Counted from the first letter of the stretch, positions 36,728 through 49,564 are shown. The stretch: DNA of 64,000 nt from Sphaerodactylus townsendi (GCF_021028975.2 NC_059438.1:4960001-5024000), one strand, 5' to 3'. A program made the numbers and translations. Notes: generated from the sequence alone by a model not told the origin.

Positions 36728-37560
36728 CCTCTTGCCCGGCCGCCAGAAAGGGCCCGGCGCGACGGGGCTGCTCTGGCCGGCCAGCGGGTGCGCCAGCTTG
36801 CCGGTGGGCGGCTGCTCTGCTCTCCGGCTGCTTCTCTCTTCTCCGCTCCTGCTGCTGCTGCTGCTGCCGCCGCTGCTGCCGCGGCTCTCCGGCTCGCTCC
36901 TCCAGCCCCTTTGCCGCCGCCGCCGCTCCAACGTGCGCCCCCCCCCCCTTTGCAAAAGAGCGGCTCGGGGGGCTCTTCGGTGCGCCGCGGGCTGCTGCTG
37001 CTGCTGCTGCTGCTCCGGGTCTATTTATTTGCCTTTCGCATCTGGGCTGGCTGGGGTTTTTTTTTCTCTCGCTCTTGCAATTCCCTCCCCTTTCTCTCTC
37101 TCCCTTTCTGCAGCTTGCAAAAAAAGCACACGCAACCCGCTGCAACTGGAAATGGGAGTTCGCTGCAGAAGAACGGTCCGAGAGATTTTTTTAGGGGGGG
37201 TGGGGGTCGCTCTCGTTTAACACTTCATGGCGCTCCTTTTGGGCTTTGGTTTTTGCTTTGCACGCCAAGTGCAAAGAGAGAGAGAGAGGTTCACCATCGG
37301 GGGGAGGGAGGACGAGGAGGAGGAGATAGATCCCCGGAGAATTGGAGATCAGCAATCTTTTTTTTTTTTTGGTTAAAGGAACAAAATGAAAAGATCTGCA
37401 AAAAAAAAAAGAAAAGAAAGAAAAAGGAATCCTCAGGTCAAGGCGATGACCCCAAACAGCGCCAGGTTTTTGTTGCTGGGGGAAGAGGAGGAGGAGAAAA
37501 AATCAGAGCGACTTAAAAGTCCCAACAAGCGCCGGCCGCGAGAAGTGTTTTAAAGCGCTC
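36728..37560 (-). other. MAF: MAF 5' UTR (~830 nt) with uORFs and CAG/GGC repeats
   Basis: Lies between the inferred TSS and the ATG. Upstream ATGs at 37297, 37228 and 37041; (CAG)7 at 36992-37012. Confidence 0.7.
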
Positions 37561-37589
37561 GTCCAGGAGGAGAGTTTGCGAGCAGGCGG

Positions 37590-37745
37590 CCTTTTATAGC
37601 GCGCCTGACGTCAAGGGGGACAGGGACGCCCGGGCCCAGCCAATCGGCGCCCGCGAAGCCGGCCCTCATTAGCATAAAAATATAGTAACAAGGAAACTTT
37701 TCGAAGCTGTCAATCAGGGAGCCAATCAGCTGACTGTCAGCTGGG
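37590..37745 (-). promoter_or_regulatory. MAF: MAF core/proximal promoter
   Basis: TATAAAA at 37598->37592; perfect CRE TGACGTCA 37606-37613; CCAAT boxes 37640-37644 and 37722-37726; octamer-like ATGCTAAT 37675->37668; PBX-PREP/MEIS decamer TGATTGACAG 37716->37707; palindrome CAGCTGAC-T-GTCAGCTG 37727-37743. TSS inferred ~37560, about 30 nt downstream of the TATA. Confidence 0.85.
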
Positions 37746-40700
37746 GAAGAGGGCTTTTTTGTTCTTTTAACTCCTTCGCCGCCGAAGCCGCTCGCTTGGG
37801 ACGCGCCCCCCGGAGAGGAGTCGCCGAGACCTCCAGAAAGCCGCCGTGTCGTTGCTACCGGGGAGTGATTGGCAGGTCTTTCGAAAGTGCCCGCGGGGTA
37901 CCGGTTGGAGACGGACGGAGGCTTTCCAGTCGCCAAGGACGCCTGGTTCCTCGTGCCTTTTGCAGCGCACTGAAACATCTGGTTAACTTGGCGGGGGGGG
38001 GGCAGAAGGGTGCTTGCACAGCTGCTTTGCTCTCGTCGCTTTGCCTTCGGAGCCCCGGGAGGAACTCGCGCTCTATCCGCGATTGGGAACGATCTGCGCG
38101 GAGGGGGCGCTCCAGAGATCGACCGTTTCCCGGCTCGAGGTAGGGACGGGAGGGAGGGGGGGGGGGTTAAGGGGTAGGATTGTGGATCCTACCCCTTTTG
38201 GGAAAGCCACGGGTTGGGGAAGAGTTAATGCAGACCTCCGCTGTCCCCCGAGGAGGAGCCAACCTGAGCCCCCTCCCCCACCCGCTCCGCGCCCGGTACT
38301 CCCTCCCCGCTTGCCCATCTTTTCCTCTTAGGGCATCAGGGGCACTCATCGGCTTCCTGGCTAGGAGGGCTGCGGGCCCGATCCTCCGCTCGATGAATCC
38401 ACAAGAGGTCCTAGTGTTAGAAAAAAGTTTCTAGCTGCCTGCTACGATGTCGCTCCCCTCTTTTCTTTCCAATGCTGCCCCTTCCCCGAAGCGAATGCAT
38501 TAAGAAAAAAACTGCAGAAACCTCCAAAATATGTTCTAAAGTTTAAAAATTGCATTTCGGGGACGGGGTGAGTATGTGTGTGTGGAGCGAATTTTTTTTT
38601 TTAAAGGTTTAAAATATGAACCTTAACCCTTGCGAGCAGATGTTTCCGGGAGGGGGGGGGTTGGTCTATGAAATTAAAAATCAAAACATACAAATACCCC
38701 CCTTTTGGGAGGAGAGAAGGTGGGGTGTTAACCCGTTTCAAAGGAGAATGGATGGGAAGGAAATTAACCAGCCTTGAAGTGTTCAGTTTAAACCTCGACA
38801 GCGCCACCTTTCGGTATATGTTAGTATAGGTCGGCTTCATGTTTGAACCGCTTTCAATTTTCTCGAAGTGGGGGGAACCATAAAAGTGTAAATATGACAG
38901 GACAGCCTGACATTAACTCCTTAAAGCCCGAGGATTTGCAAATCTTCCTCTAATTGAAGGCAGTTTGCCAATCATTCTTTAACTCATTCCCATCTATATG
39001 TAGAAGATTAACCCCGCAGAATATTTTGAGGAAAAAGACTTTAGATATATCTGCTCCAGCCCCACCTTTTTAAAAATGTGTGTGTATTAAGACAAACCAA
39101 TATTTAAAAGTGACAGCCTTGATTTTTTAAAAAAATACAACAACCTAACTTCATGGTAACATCAATAGAACTAGAGTTACCTGTAATTTGATGATAAACA
39201 GGTTGCTTCTGGTTAGTAAGATTAAGTGCAGCGCTATAAAGTTGTTTATCTGGAAAAAGTAATTCTCAGAAACCCAACAGATGACACTTAGTCATATATT
39301 AAACCAGTCTTTTGACCATTGTACTTTGGTGAATGGCTTCTGCCTGCTATGAGCGTTTCCTCCTGGAAAATCTCACAAGTATTGAGTTTGCTTAGAGGGC
39401 CTTTGCCATTGGTCTACAGAAGCCATCCTTTTCTGTAGTTACCCAAACTCAGCTTATTACAGAACAGGTATTTTGGGTGTCCTGACATTTCTCAGCCATT
39501 GTTGTTGGGATCTGTACTGTAGTTTGGTCTCAGACTCTTTGAGATGGTGTCTGGACTGACGTGTTGGCATGGAAAACTTAGAGTTGCCACCCTAGGATGC
39601 CAAGATTGCTTTGTAGGCAGAATGCAAAAATGCAGAGATCTCTGACAACGTTTCAGAGATTGCATTCACGAGTTAAGTCAACGTGACGCGTCTAGGTTTG
39701 ATTTCAGTGTCTGAGAATTGTCAGCAACAACAATTCCACCCCCACCCCCCAAAAAACACATTTTTTCCTCCATAAATCTCATCAGGACAGGCTAAATTCC
39801 TTCTATTTGGTTTCTTCTGCAGTAAGATAAATGTGGTGTGATAGATCATTTTTAGCCTTCTGGCTGCTATGAATCACAAACACGTGTTAATACTTTAAAC
39901 TGAAAAAAAAAAAGTTATTGCTCTTCTGGAGTTACACTTGTAGCAGTTTTGTCGGATTAGAAACATCTCCTTCATCCCATTAAAAAAACCAGTTCCTTTG
40001 GGCAGAGATGTTTTAATGTAGTTTTCAGCCCTTAAATTACTATCCCCCCCTCCCCCCCCCCCCGCCTTGAGTCAGCTTTGAAAAATAGGCAGAGAATTAA
40101 AGCAAACAGTGTTGGGGAATGACATCTACTGCTGCAAACTTCACTGGGCTTTGGCCTGCAAAATATCAAGTCCAATTACTGCAAGTGTGGGATTCTCCTA
40201 ATTTGAATGTTCGAGGTGACGGGGGGCAGTCAAGCGTAGCCTGTTGAGTAGTGTACCCGGGAAGAAGAGGAGAAGGAGGGCTGTGCTCAGTTTTAAAGAT
40301 AACCTCCTGAAGAAACACGACCACCTTCTTCCTTTTCCCAATGCAGATTTCGCGTTTTGGCAGCGTTTTGCTGTATTATTGAGAACCCACAATGGGTGTC
40401 TAAACATTTACAGTTCTCTATTAAGACTGCCTATTCTCTAACAATTGCAGGCTCTTCTTTCAATTAGAGCCATTCAGTCCTCTGTCTTTTTGTGGCTATG
40501 ACAGGCCAAATTCCCTCCCTGTGCCTACACTGTCTCTCGCTTCTAGTTTGCTTGCTTTCGAGCCTGTCTATTAATCGACAGAGTCTATAAGGCCCAGTTT
40601 TAATAGTCTTTCTGCTTTTCAAGGAACTCTTCTCTCCCCCTTCAAGAATGCACAGCTGGGGGTATCTGGTTGTCAAAGACTGGTTTTCAAAAGAAGAGCA

Positions 40701-42732
40701 TTGAGCTTTCCAGACATGGAGAGCTTCTTTTGCAACAGGCAAGGCATTGCCAGTTCGGCGAACTACACAGCGGCCCACACGCTGCACACGCCATTCCGAC
40801 ATAGCGCCACACAACACTATGACACAGTCCTTGGTGCCTGCCAGAGTACATATGAAAGACTTCCTTGGCTGAGCAAACAAGCAAAGCAAGGTTTAGAAAA
40901 GTCAGGCGACATACCTCTTGTGAGTTATATTGACTTTGAGTGTCATTTGTTATAACTTAAACTCATCTGTCAAGGCTAACACATTAAGTGCAGTTATGAC
41001 TCCCTTTGTTTATCCAGTGCCTTATTTTATGGCATAGAACCAAACTGTGCCCACTACAATTAAGTACGAAAGGCAATCCAATTGATTTCCCAAAGACTTC
41101 TACAGGGGAAGTAGAAATGGCTGAGGTATCCCCTGCTCTTAGACACCCAGCTAGATAAATCCTTTTAACCATGCTTTAGATCCCTTAACGGGACAAGCAA
41201 ATAACAAATCACTGTTAGCAGATTTATGGGAAAGAAATAATAGAATCAGACGAGATAATCTGATGGGGTAAAATTGCTGAGGAAACAAGTCCCCCTCCTT
41301 GTCCATGTCTATGAAAACAGTATCCCGATAACCAGAAGTCATTACGAATAGGTGAATTATGAGGGAAATAATCATCCTTGTAATTCAGTATTTATTAATC
41401 CTTTTCTCTTTAAACAATTTGCAGATGCCTGAGAAAATCCACCTCAAAGATCTATTCTTCGTCTGCACCTGTGTATAGATGTATATTTTTCCTCACTGGG
41501 TGTAATTTACTGTTTGCATTACCTGTGTTTTATTTCATAATTGAGCATTTTGCATTCAAATTTATGTAATGGATTCGGCACATTTCTGCCCGATTAGCAT
41601 AAATAGTCACTTCATGAATTACTAACAAAGTTGATCTGAAAAATATCGGCGTATTATTTTATTAAGTGGAACACAAACATATGTTCAATAAATTCTTGTT
41701 TGCTGGTGGCAGGAAGGAAAGCGCTACGATCCCCGGCTGCGATGCAGCGTGGATGAAAGGAGAGGATAAGCTGAGTTAATTTATATGTATGAAATTAATT
41801 TGCCCTGTCAACCTTTCTGTTTATCTTTAATAAAGAAGAATGCCCGGGACTATTGCGATGCCAAGAATCACAAGGCGAGAAGAGACAGTGGCTGCAGCAT
41901 CCGTGACATTTCTCCTTCTTAATTTCTTATATGGACCTACGTGATTCAGAGGGACAATCTGAATCGTTTATTTTTTTTGGCAGTTCAGTTTTCCTTTGGG
42001 ATAAATTGGCAGTTTGGCCCAAGTCAGGCAGATTACACCAATGGAGCTGCAAGAAGCAAGTGAGTGGAAATTTCTCCGAATTCCAGTTTTCACTCCCTTT
42101 CTTTTTTAATCACTGTGGTTTCAATCCAGTGTAAAGTTACGCTTGCTTAAGCCTCATTGAAATCAATAAAAATTAAGTATGCGTGAGTCTGTGCTGGATC
42201 TCACTGAATCACCCAGGTGAAATTTAGTCAGTCAATACGATTTGAGTCCTGGTGGGAATTCTCATCCCTCTGGTCTTCGAACTAGATTTCGCTTGCAGTG
42301 ACCATAGACATTGATGTGCAACAGAAGCATCCTGTACAGAACTCTGCGCATGTTGAACTGTGCATGCTGTCTTTACTTGCTTTTAATTATGTTATTTATA
42401 GTACACCTTTGTTTCTGAGAATCAAGGCAGATAACGCAGTTCTAGGTCTATATGTTCCATGGGATGGAATGTCCAATAAGCAATGTAATAGGAACCAGTT
42501 TTTTGATCAGTAGATAGTAGGAGGAGTGGTTTTGTGTCATTCTAAAAAAAAAGAGTGCATAGACTTTTATGCCCCACCCCCAGCAGGCTGAGAGAAACAG
42601 CTCTGAGCTAGGGAAGATTTTGAGCCATTTCATACACTTCTGCCTTATGCAGCAAACAGGAAGATTCATATGTGAAAGCAAAGTGCATTGCCATACTTCT
42701 CTTTGCCATTATATATGGACACATGTAAAATT

Positions 42733-43080
42733 GGGAGGGACTGTGGCTCAGTGGTAGTGCAGAAAATACTAGGTTCAGTTCCTGCCATCTCCAGTTTCAA
42801 AAAAAAAATCAGGTGGTTCTGATGTCAAAGTTTTTTCCTGAGATACTGGGGAACCAGTTTGAGCAGACTACGCTGCCTTTGATCCACTAATGACCTGGCT
42901 TAGCACGAAGCAGCTTTTCCTATCAAAGACTGTGGCCCAATGGTTAGAGCATCTGCTTTCCATGCAGGAGGTCCCATGTTCAGCCCAGCATTCCCAGTAT
43001 TAAAAGAGTCAGGTGGTACGGAGGACAGCTATCCGAGACTCTGGAGAGCTGCTGCCAGTCTGGGTAGGCAATACTGATGC
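42733..43080 (+). mobile_element. Two tandem tRNA(Ala)-like SINEs (family also at 60175-60365)
   Basis: tggctcagtggtag A-box, ggttcagttcc B-box and a shared ggagagctgctg..a.tctg.gtag.caatact body. Confidence 0.65.
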
Positions 43081-43149
43081 AGGATGTGACAAATGTGTAT
43101 TTAACTTGGGTGGCACTGTGTCCTGTCTGAAGCAAGTACATTTGCATTT

Positions 43150-43648
43150 GTTTATTTATATTCCACATTTCTCTCCAGTTGAGTCTCAGATTGGCTCAGG
43201 AATTTGTTCTCCCTGCTCCATTTGCCTACAACAACAATCCTGTGAGGTAGGCTAGGGAGAGAGTTTGTGATTGGGTCCTAGGTCACCCTGTGAGCTTCCA
43301 TGGATAAAGCGGAGATTCAAATCGGGTCTCCTGGAATCCTCATCCAACACTCTATGCAGCCAGCGTAGAGGACTGGTTGAGAGCGGGGGGCTCTGATCTG
43401 GAGAACCATGCTTGATTCCCCCAATTCGCCACATGAGCTTCTGACTCTGATCTGGTGAACTGGATTTGTCTCATCTACATGAAGCCTGCTGGGTGAGTTT
43501 GGGCTAGTCACAGTACTCTCAGAACTCTCTCAGCCCCACCCACTTCACAAGGTGTCTGTTGTGGGAATAGGAAGGGAAGGAGTTTGTGAGTCGCTCTGAG
43601 GCTCCTTATAGGAGAGAAAGGTGGGATATAAATCCAAATTCTTCTTCT
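43150..43648. mobile_element. Two head-to-head MIR/CORE-like SINEs (minus ~43150-43360, plus ~43355-43648)
   Basis: Similarity to the other copies, in both orientations. Confidence 0.7.
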
Positions 43649-45956
43649 GTCCACTATGCTGCACCAGCTGTTCTGTTTGAATCAGGCAAGGAACAGCTTG
43701 GTTTGGTGGCTTTAAGAACTTCACTAAGTGTGAAGCAGAACCAGAGCAAAATGTGTGTTGGTGTCTTTGTCAATTATGTGGTGTAGCAAAAACCACCTGT
43801 TTTCAATGGGATCTCTCTCTCCGTAACTTATAATGAAAGGCTAAGGATCCAAGAAATTAAAGCATGCAATTAAAGAGCCAATATCAGAACAGGCATGTTC
43901 TTGAGCCCTGATTCACAATTGGTTGAACGCCGTGGAGCCCTCTGCACCAAAGTTCCTTGCATCAGAGAAAAGTGCCATCCCTCTACGGGATCCCAAACAA
44001 TCAGCAAAATAGATCACCAGCTGATAATAGCTACCACTGTTTTGAAAAGACTGGGGGATCCAGCCCCCAGTTCCTGACTCCTGCTTTCTGAATTTTGTTT
44101 GGGTATTTATATCTTACTCCCCTCCTCCCATGGTAACCCAAAAGAACCCTGTAGGGTAGGTTAGGGTAAGAGAGAGTGACTGTCCCAAGGTCATTCAGTG
44201 AGCTACCCTGACAGCATGTGGATTTGAACCCTGCTCTCCCAAATCCTAGCCCAATACTCTGTTTTATCAGTGCCGTTGCCAGTTATCTGCCTGGGTCTCT
44301 GTTCACCGCTAGATGAGGCTTTGTGGGTCACAGGAAGGGCAGCTGCAGCCCTGTTCATGCTTGCGATTCCTCCTCTGAGCAGGGATGCGTGTGCAAACTC
44401 TTCCTTCGCTGCACAGATCCTTCCTTCGGACTGGGGGGATTTTGTCTTGAGTAAACGCCGGCGAATTCGTCCTCAGCAGAGTCAGACGGATGCTTGAATA
44501 AAAGAGAAATGAATATGATAGATATAGTGGCTCATGTTTATCTGCACCTCACCATGCAAGAGTACCTGCCGGGTCTATCTGGGTAAGTGGAGAGGTGAGA
44601 CTGCTATGTTTGCTGTTCTCTGGAATTCCCTGAGTGTTTTACAATCCATTACTCGGGCTACAGTTTTCTGACCAATTGGAGACCAGGCCTTCTTTCTCTC
44701 TTTTTCAGGCACAGAAAATCTCCTTTTTAAACCCACGCAGAGCATCAAATTGGACTCTGCTTGCTGGTAAACATTATGGCTTCCATTTTCTTCTCTTTCC
44801 TGCTTTCTCAACTTTGATTTTTCTCCATCAAATCCATTACAGATTTTATACATGCCTCTTTCTTCTGCAATAAATCCTTTTTTTTTTTCTTTTTTGGTCA
44901 TCTCAGTCTTGATTTGTTTTAATTTTTTAAAAAATCAACAACCCGAGAGATTGGTTTTCTGTTATTATAAAGTTTATTCTGGTTGATTATCCATTCTGTG
45001 TAATACTTCTCATGCACAGGTTGTATTTTAAAACCTTCACTGCTAAATTGCCACAACCATGCTTTTATTTGTTTCTTATAGCGTATCATTATTTTCTATT
45101 TAATGTTAAGAGGTCTGCATACTTAGATTTCATGAGCTATTCAAAGTCATTCGGTTTTTCTGAGTTTCGAAATAGCTCCTAGCAAAAAGACTGAAGCATC
45201 AGTAGAGGCGTTTGCTTGGTGTATATTTTGAATCCATATCAGCAATTCTTATTCTCATCAGGTTATTGATAATATGTTAGAGGTAGTCCTAGCATAACAC
45301 GGGGGGAAATTATTATGATACTGGGAGCATTTTCTCTTTCCTGGGAGACAAACTGCAGTTCTGCTAATCAGCAAATCGGAGTTGGTGGAACCGAAGATGC
45401 GGTACAGTTTTTTTATAGCAAACATAATTGGTTAATTCTCATGTAGAATTTTGTCTGAATTAAACAAAAAATCGATACATGCCCGGTTTATGTAAATCAA
45501 TGCCAGTAATAAAAGAAATACTAAACTGAAATAAAGATTAAAAACACACAAAAAAATGGACATCTAGTGGAATTTATTATTTACAACCTGACTGTTTGCA
45601 GGACTGTATCCTGTGATTTTACAAGAAATTAAAATGTGATGTTTACTGTAGATTAAAGTGCAACGAATTGATCCCAAATCCAGAGAACTCACACACTAAA
45701 TCTATATAAAATTGGTTAGTCCGAGGTGGGAAGAGGAATAGAGGGGATCTAATATAATTATTTCTGAAAACACAACAAGCTCTATAGCCTGGTCTGAATA
45801 TGAATATATTAATGTATTTTTTTAACAACCGACCCCTGGTCTATTGTGTTTAACAGTGTCTATTGAAACTGGGAACACTTTTCTGTGAATTAAGGTACAG
45901 AAGTCCTTTCCAGCACTTGCTGAATCTGGCAAGTAACTTCTTTTTGGGGTGGAGAA

Positions 45957-46262
45957 TAGAAGAAGAGGAGGAGGATTTGTTTTCATACTCTGTTTTTCTC
46001 AACCTTCAAGAAGTCTCAAAGTTGCTTACAACTGCCGTCCCTTCCCCTCCCCACAACAGACACCTTGTGAGACAGTTGGGGCTGAGAGAGTTCTGAGAGA
46101 ACTATGACTAGACCAAGATCATCCAGCAGGCTTCACGTGGAGGAGCAGGAAAACAAATCCAGTTCACCAGATTAGAGTCTGCCACTCATGGGGAGGAATG
46201 AGGAATCAAACCTGGTTCACCTGATTACCGTTCACTGCTCTTAACCACTACAACATGCTGTT
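45957..46262 (-). mobile_element. tRNA-headed MIR/CORE-like SINE
   Basis: Full-length match to 47007-47295. Confidence 0.8.
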
Positions 46263-47006
46263 CGTAGCTTATACCTTGTATCCAAGATTGCTAAAACACT
46301 TAGGGAATTTATTTATTACATTTCTATCCTACCTTTTCTCCCAGGAGGAAGTCACAGTGATATATATAATCCTCTCTGCCTCCATTTTATCCTCACCACT
46401 GTGAAGTATGTTAGGCATAGTCACACATTATGGCACAGTGGGGATTTTTATCCCAGATTTCCCCATTTTTAGACCAACCACTGCACCATTTTTGCTCAAC
46501 TAAGGTTTAAGGCATTGCAGTTTATATGGCTGCTACCATAGGATACAGACTGACTTCCTCTTAGCTAATCCTCTAATGTGACAGGACATGAAGATTTTCA
46601 ACAGTTTACCATTAATTAAGAACCCTGTTCACACTATCCCAGGACAATAATGAAGAAGCTGTCTTCATTATTATTAGCTTGGGTTGCTGTTTGGTCATGT
46701 TGAATGAATGACATGATGTTTCCGCCATGTTTTCCAGCAGCTCCTGAATGTTTGGCTATAGAGGGGTCGGATTCAAAGATACTCCACTCCTCTCCCTTAA
46801 CAAAGGTACCACTGAACTGATAGCTGCACAGAGTAGTGTCTGGGCTCCTGAAGGCAACCAGCCCCCTGCTTCCCAAATTATGTCCCCCTTTGCTTTGTCC
46901 TCTCAGCAGTACAGGTGAATCAGCCCTAATCTGCAATTGACAGAGAGGTCCTTTACCCTAACCCTATACCATTCAGTTCACTGTTGGAGGATACTCCATG
47001 TACACA

Positions 47007-47295
47007 GAAGAAGAGTTTGGGTTTACACCCCATCTTTCTCTCCTGAGGGAGACTCAAGATGACTTACAAGCTCCTTTCCTTTCCTCTCCCCACAACAGAC
47101 ACCTTGTGAGGTGAGACTAAAAGATTTCCAAAGAACTGTGACTAGCCCAAGGTCACCCAGCAGGAATGTAGGAGTGCGGAAACACATCTGGTTCACCAGA
47201 TGGACCTCTGCCGCTCAGGTGGAGGAATGAGGAATCAAACCCAGTTCTCCAGAATAGAATCCACCTGCTCTTAACCACTACACCACGCTGACTCT
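47007..47295 (-). mobile_element. tRNA-headed MIR/CORE-like SINE
   Basis: Ends ctcttaaccactacaccacgctg (reverse complement of the tRNA-like head); agaagaagag tail. Confidence 0.8.
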
Positions 47296-48130
47296 ACATA
47301 CCACTACATACTTCATATGGCAAGGAATTCCCCCCTTTCTACATTCTTGAACAAGGAATCCTTGCTTTGGCAAACTCTAACTTATGAGGAGATGCTGGGT
47401 AAATGGTATCAGTGTGTTGATTGTTCCTATAGTACTCCACAGCTTTGGTCTTCAATGAGTAATGCACCACCAGAAGGAGCTCAAGAGGAAAGAGGTATCT
47501 TTTTTTATGACCATGCTAGCCCCAGCCACTGTTCAGAGAAGAAGCAGGTAGCAGAAGTCTCCTGTTCCTGCCAGAGATTCCCACAAGTTGCCTTGAGCTT
47601 GGAAAAGGCAGAGGAAATATACTCTGCCCTTTGTCACTGGCCATAGGAGTTAAGGCCATAGGAAACTTTCACCATTTTCATCAGTCCAAAAACACCAGTA
47701 TGTGGGGTTGTGTTTGGGTTTTTATCTGGATTTGAAGGCACGCAGCCAGACCTTTCTCCAAACATCCCAAGCTGCTGCACTCCTCTCATCCCTCTGAATC
47801 AGAACTGTCACACCTGCAGAGGTGCTGTAACAGATCACTAGATGGGGAATCAGTTTGTGCCATAATGGAAACTCATGTGCCACTTCAGCAGCTGCATTGT
47901 GGGTAATTTTTTGCAGAATCAAGCTGGGTTTCTTACCTCAGCTTCACTCACTGATTTATTCAAAGTACCTTTATCCTAATGTAGGTCATATTGAAGAAGG
48001 GATCATCATCCCATTTGACAGTAAGATAACAGCCTATTGGCTTCTGATGTGCTTCTGGGTATAGTGAAATGTCTTCCCCAGTTGTACAGCAGCTGGTATC
48101 CTTAACCAGCCAAGTAATTTTAAAAATCTA

Positions 48131-48272
48131 AGCCCCCTTCCACACATGCAAAATAATGCATTTTCAAACCACTTTCACAACTGTTTGCAAGTGGATTTTG
48201 CTATTCCGCACAGCTTCAAAGAGCACTGAAAGCAGTTTGAAAGTGCATTATTCTGCATGTGCGGAATGAGCC
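48131..48272. mobile_element. Palindromic MITE (possibly PIF/Harbinger)
   Basis: About 40-bp imperfect TIRs: ttccacacatgcaaaataatgcattttcaaac / gtttgaaagtgcattattctgcatgtgcggaa. Confidence 0.7.
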
Positions 48273-49239
48273 ATGGTCACACCAGTAGCTGGAACTCAAG
48301 ACACAAATCAGAAGACTTCCCATCTTGAGTTCTTTCATGGTAACTAACCATCCCAGTCATAAAGAACCACTCTGGTCAACATTTACTGCCTGAAAACTTT
48401 GCTGTCCAAACAAATGAGGTCCACAGCACAGCTTGTACAATGGGTACTGAAGTATCAGTCATGTACGAGTCGTTTTTTTTCTCTGGCACCAGCTTTTACA
48501 ATGAGATAGGTTTGCTGAGGTAAGAAACCCAGCTGGTTCAGAAAAAATTTACCCACAATGCTCAGCTACTGAAGTGGCCCGCGAGTTTCCGTTATGCTGA
48601 AGATTCTTCACACAGAAAGATAAAGAGCATTGAAGCAACGGTCACCTGTTATTTCAGGGCATTGTTTTATTTCTACAGCAGAGGATTAGCAGCGGATATT
48701 AGTAACAGGGGCCCTTTCCCAACACTGGCCAAATCCAGATTCTTCCGGAGCTCTTGTGATTTTATTCAGAATCCACACGGCACAGGCTTCTCATTGCTCT
48801 TACAGAGTTAGAGGCAACCAGCTTTTTTTGTTCGTGAAAAGGAAGGTTCCCATTTGATCTTCCAAACATGCTGTCCTGGTTGCCTGGACAAAAATCATGT
48901 GAATTTGGGGGCTACCCTCAGGAGGGGAATTGGACAATATTGAATAGAAGAGCTGACTGAATCCAACCTATGGCTTGCGTAACACTGCTGGCTTCAGTTC
49001 TTTTTTGCACTTTAGTTCTTTTGGTTTTTCTTAATTGCTCTGAAATAATTATGCATTTTTAAAAAATGTTTTTACATACCAGGCCTCTATTATAAATGCT
49101 CAACAGGCAGCTTCTACAGAACGAATCAAACAATCTAATTGAAAACAGCAGGACGATTCACAAAAATAATAATCTCCCCAGAAAAGCATGAGGAACATTA
49201 CGAAACAAACCAGTAATAAGTTTATAATATGATACATGG

Positions 49240-49500
49240 TATGGAGAAAGTGGACACGCAGAAGATATTCTGCCTCTCTCATAATGCCAGAACTCAGAGG
49301 GGGATGCCTAGTCAATGAAATTATGGGTAGTAGAATCAGGAATGGGCAAAAGGAATTACTTCACGCTGTGCCTAATTAACTTGTGGAACTCCTTTCTATA
49401 GGATGTAGCAAGGGATGCTAGCTTAGGTAGCTTTAGAAAAAGGGAGACACATTCATGGAAGGATGGATCCATTAAAGGCTGTTGGCCAGCAATCTGTTCT
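49240..49500 (+). mobile_element. Degenerate CR1 ORF2 C-terminal/3' fragment
   Basis: aattaacttgtggaactc...gctttagaaaaagggagacacattcatggaag resembles the end of CR1 ORF2. Confidence 0.6.
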
Positions 49501-49564
49501 CCTGAAGGAGATGGTAGCTTCTAAGGTCAGATGCCATGGCCTAGGAGACAGGGAAAACCTAGAG

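Larger units (their letters stand above)
35430..38420. promoter_or_regulatory. CpG island spanning the MAF CDS, 5' UTR and promoter
   Basis: Very high GC and CpG density compared with the CpG-depleted flanks. Confidence 0.9.

Noticed and set aside
36728-36955. 442-aa version of c-Maf starting at 36955
   Set aside because: That start is a TTG in poor context; homology to annotated c-Maf begins at ATG 36727. Only the CTG at 36796 is kept as a candidate extension.
35456-37516. 686-aa plus-strand ORF antisense to MAF
   Set aside because: It starts at a TTG, is low-complexity, and is the expected stop-free shadow of a very GC-rich CDS and CpG island; no recognisable domain.
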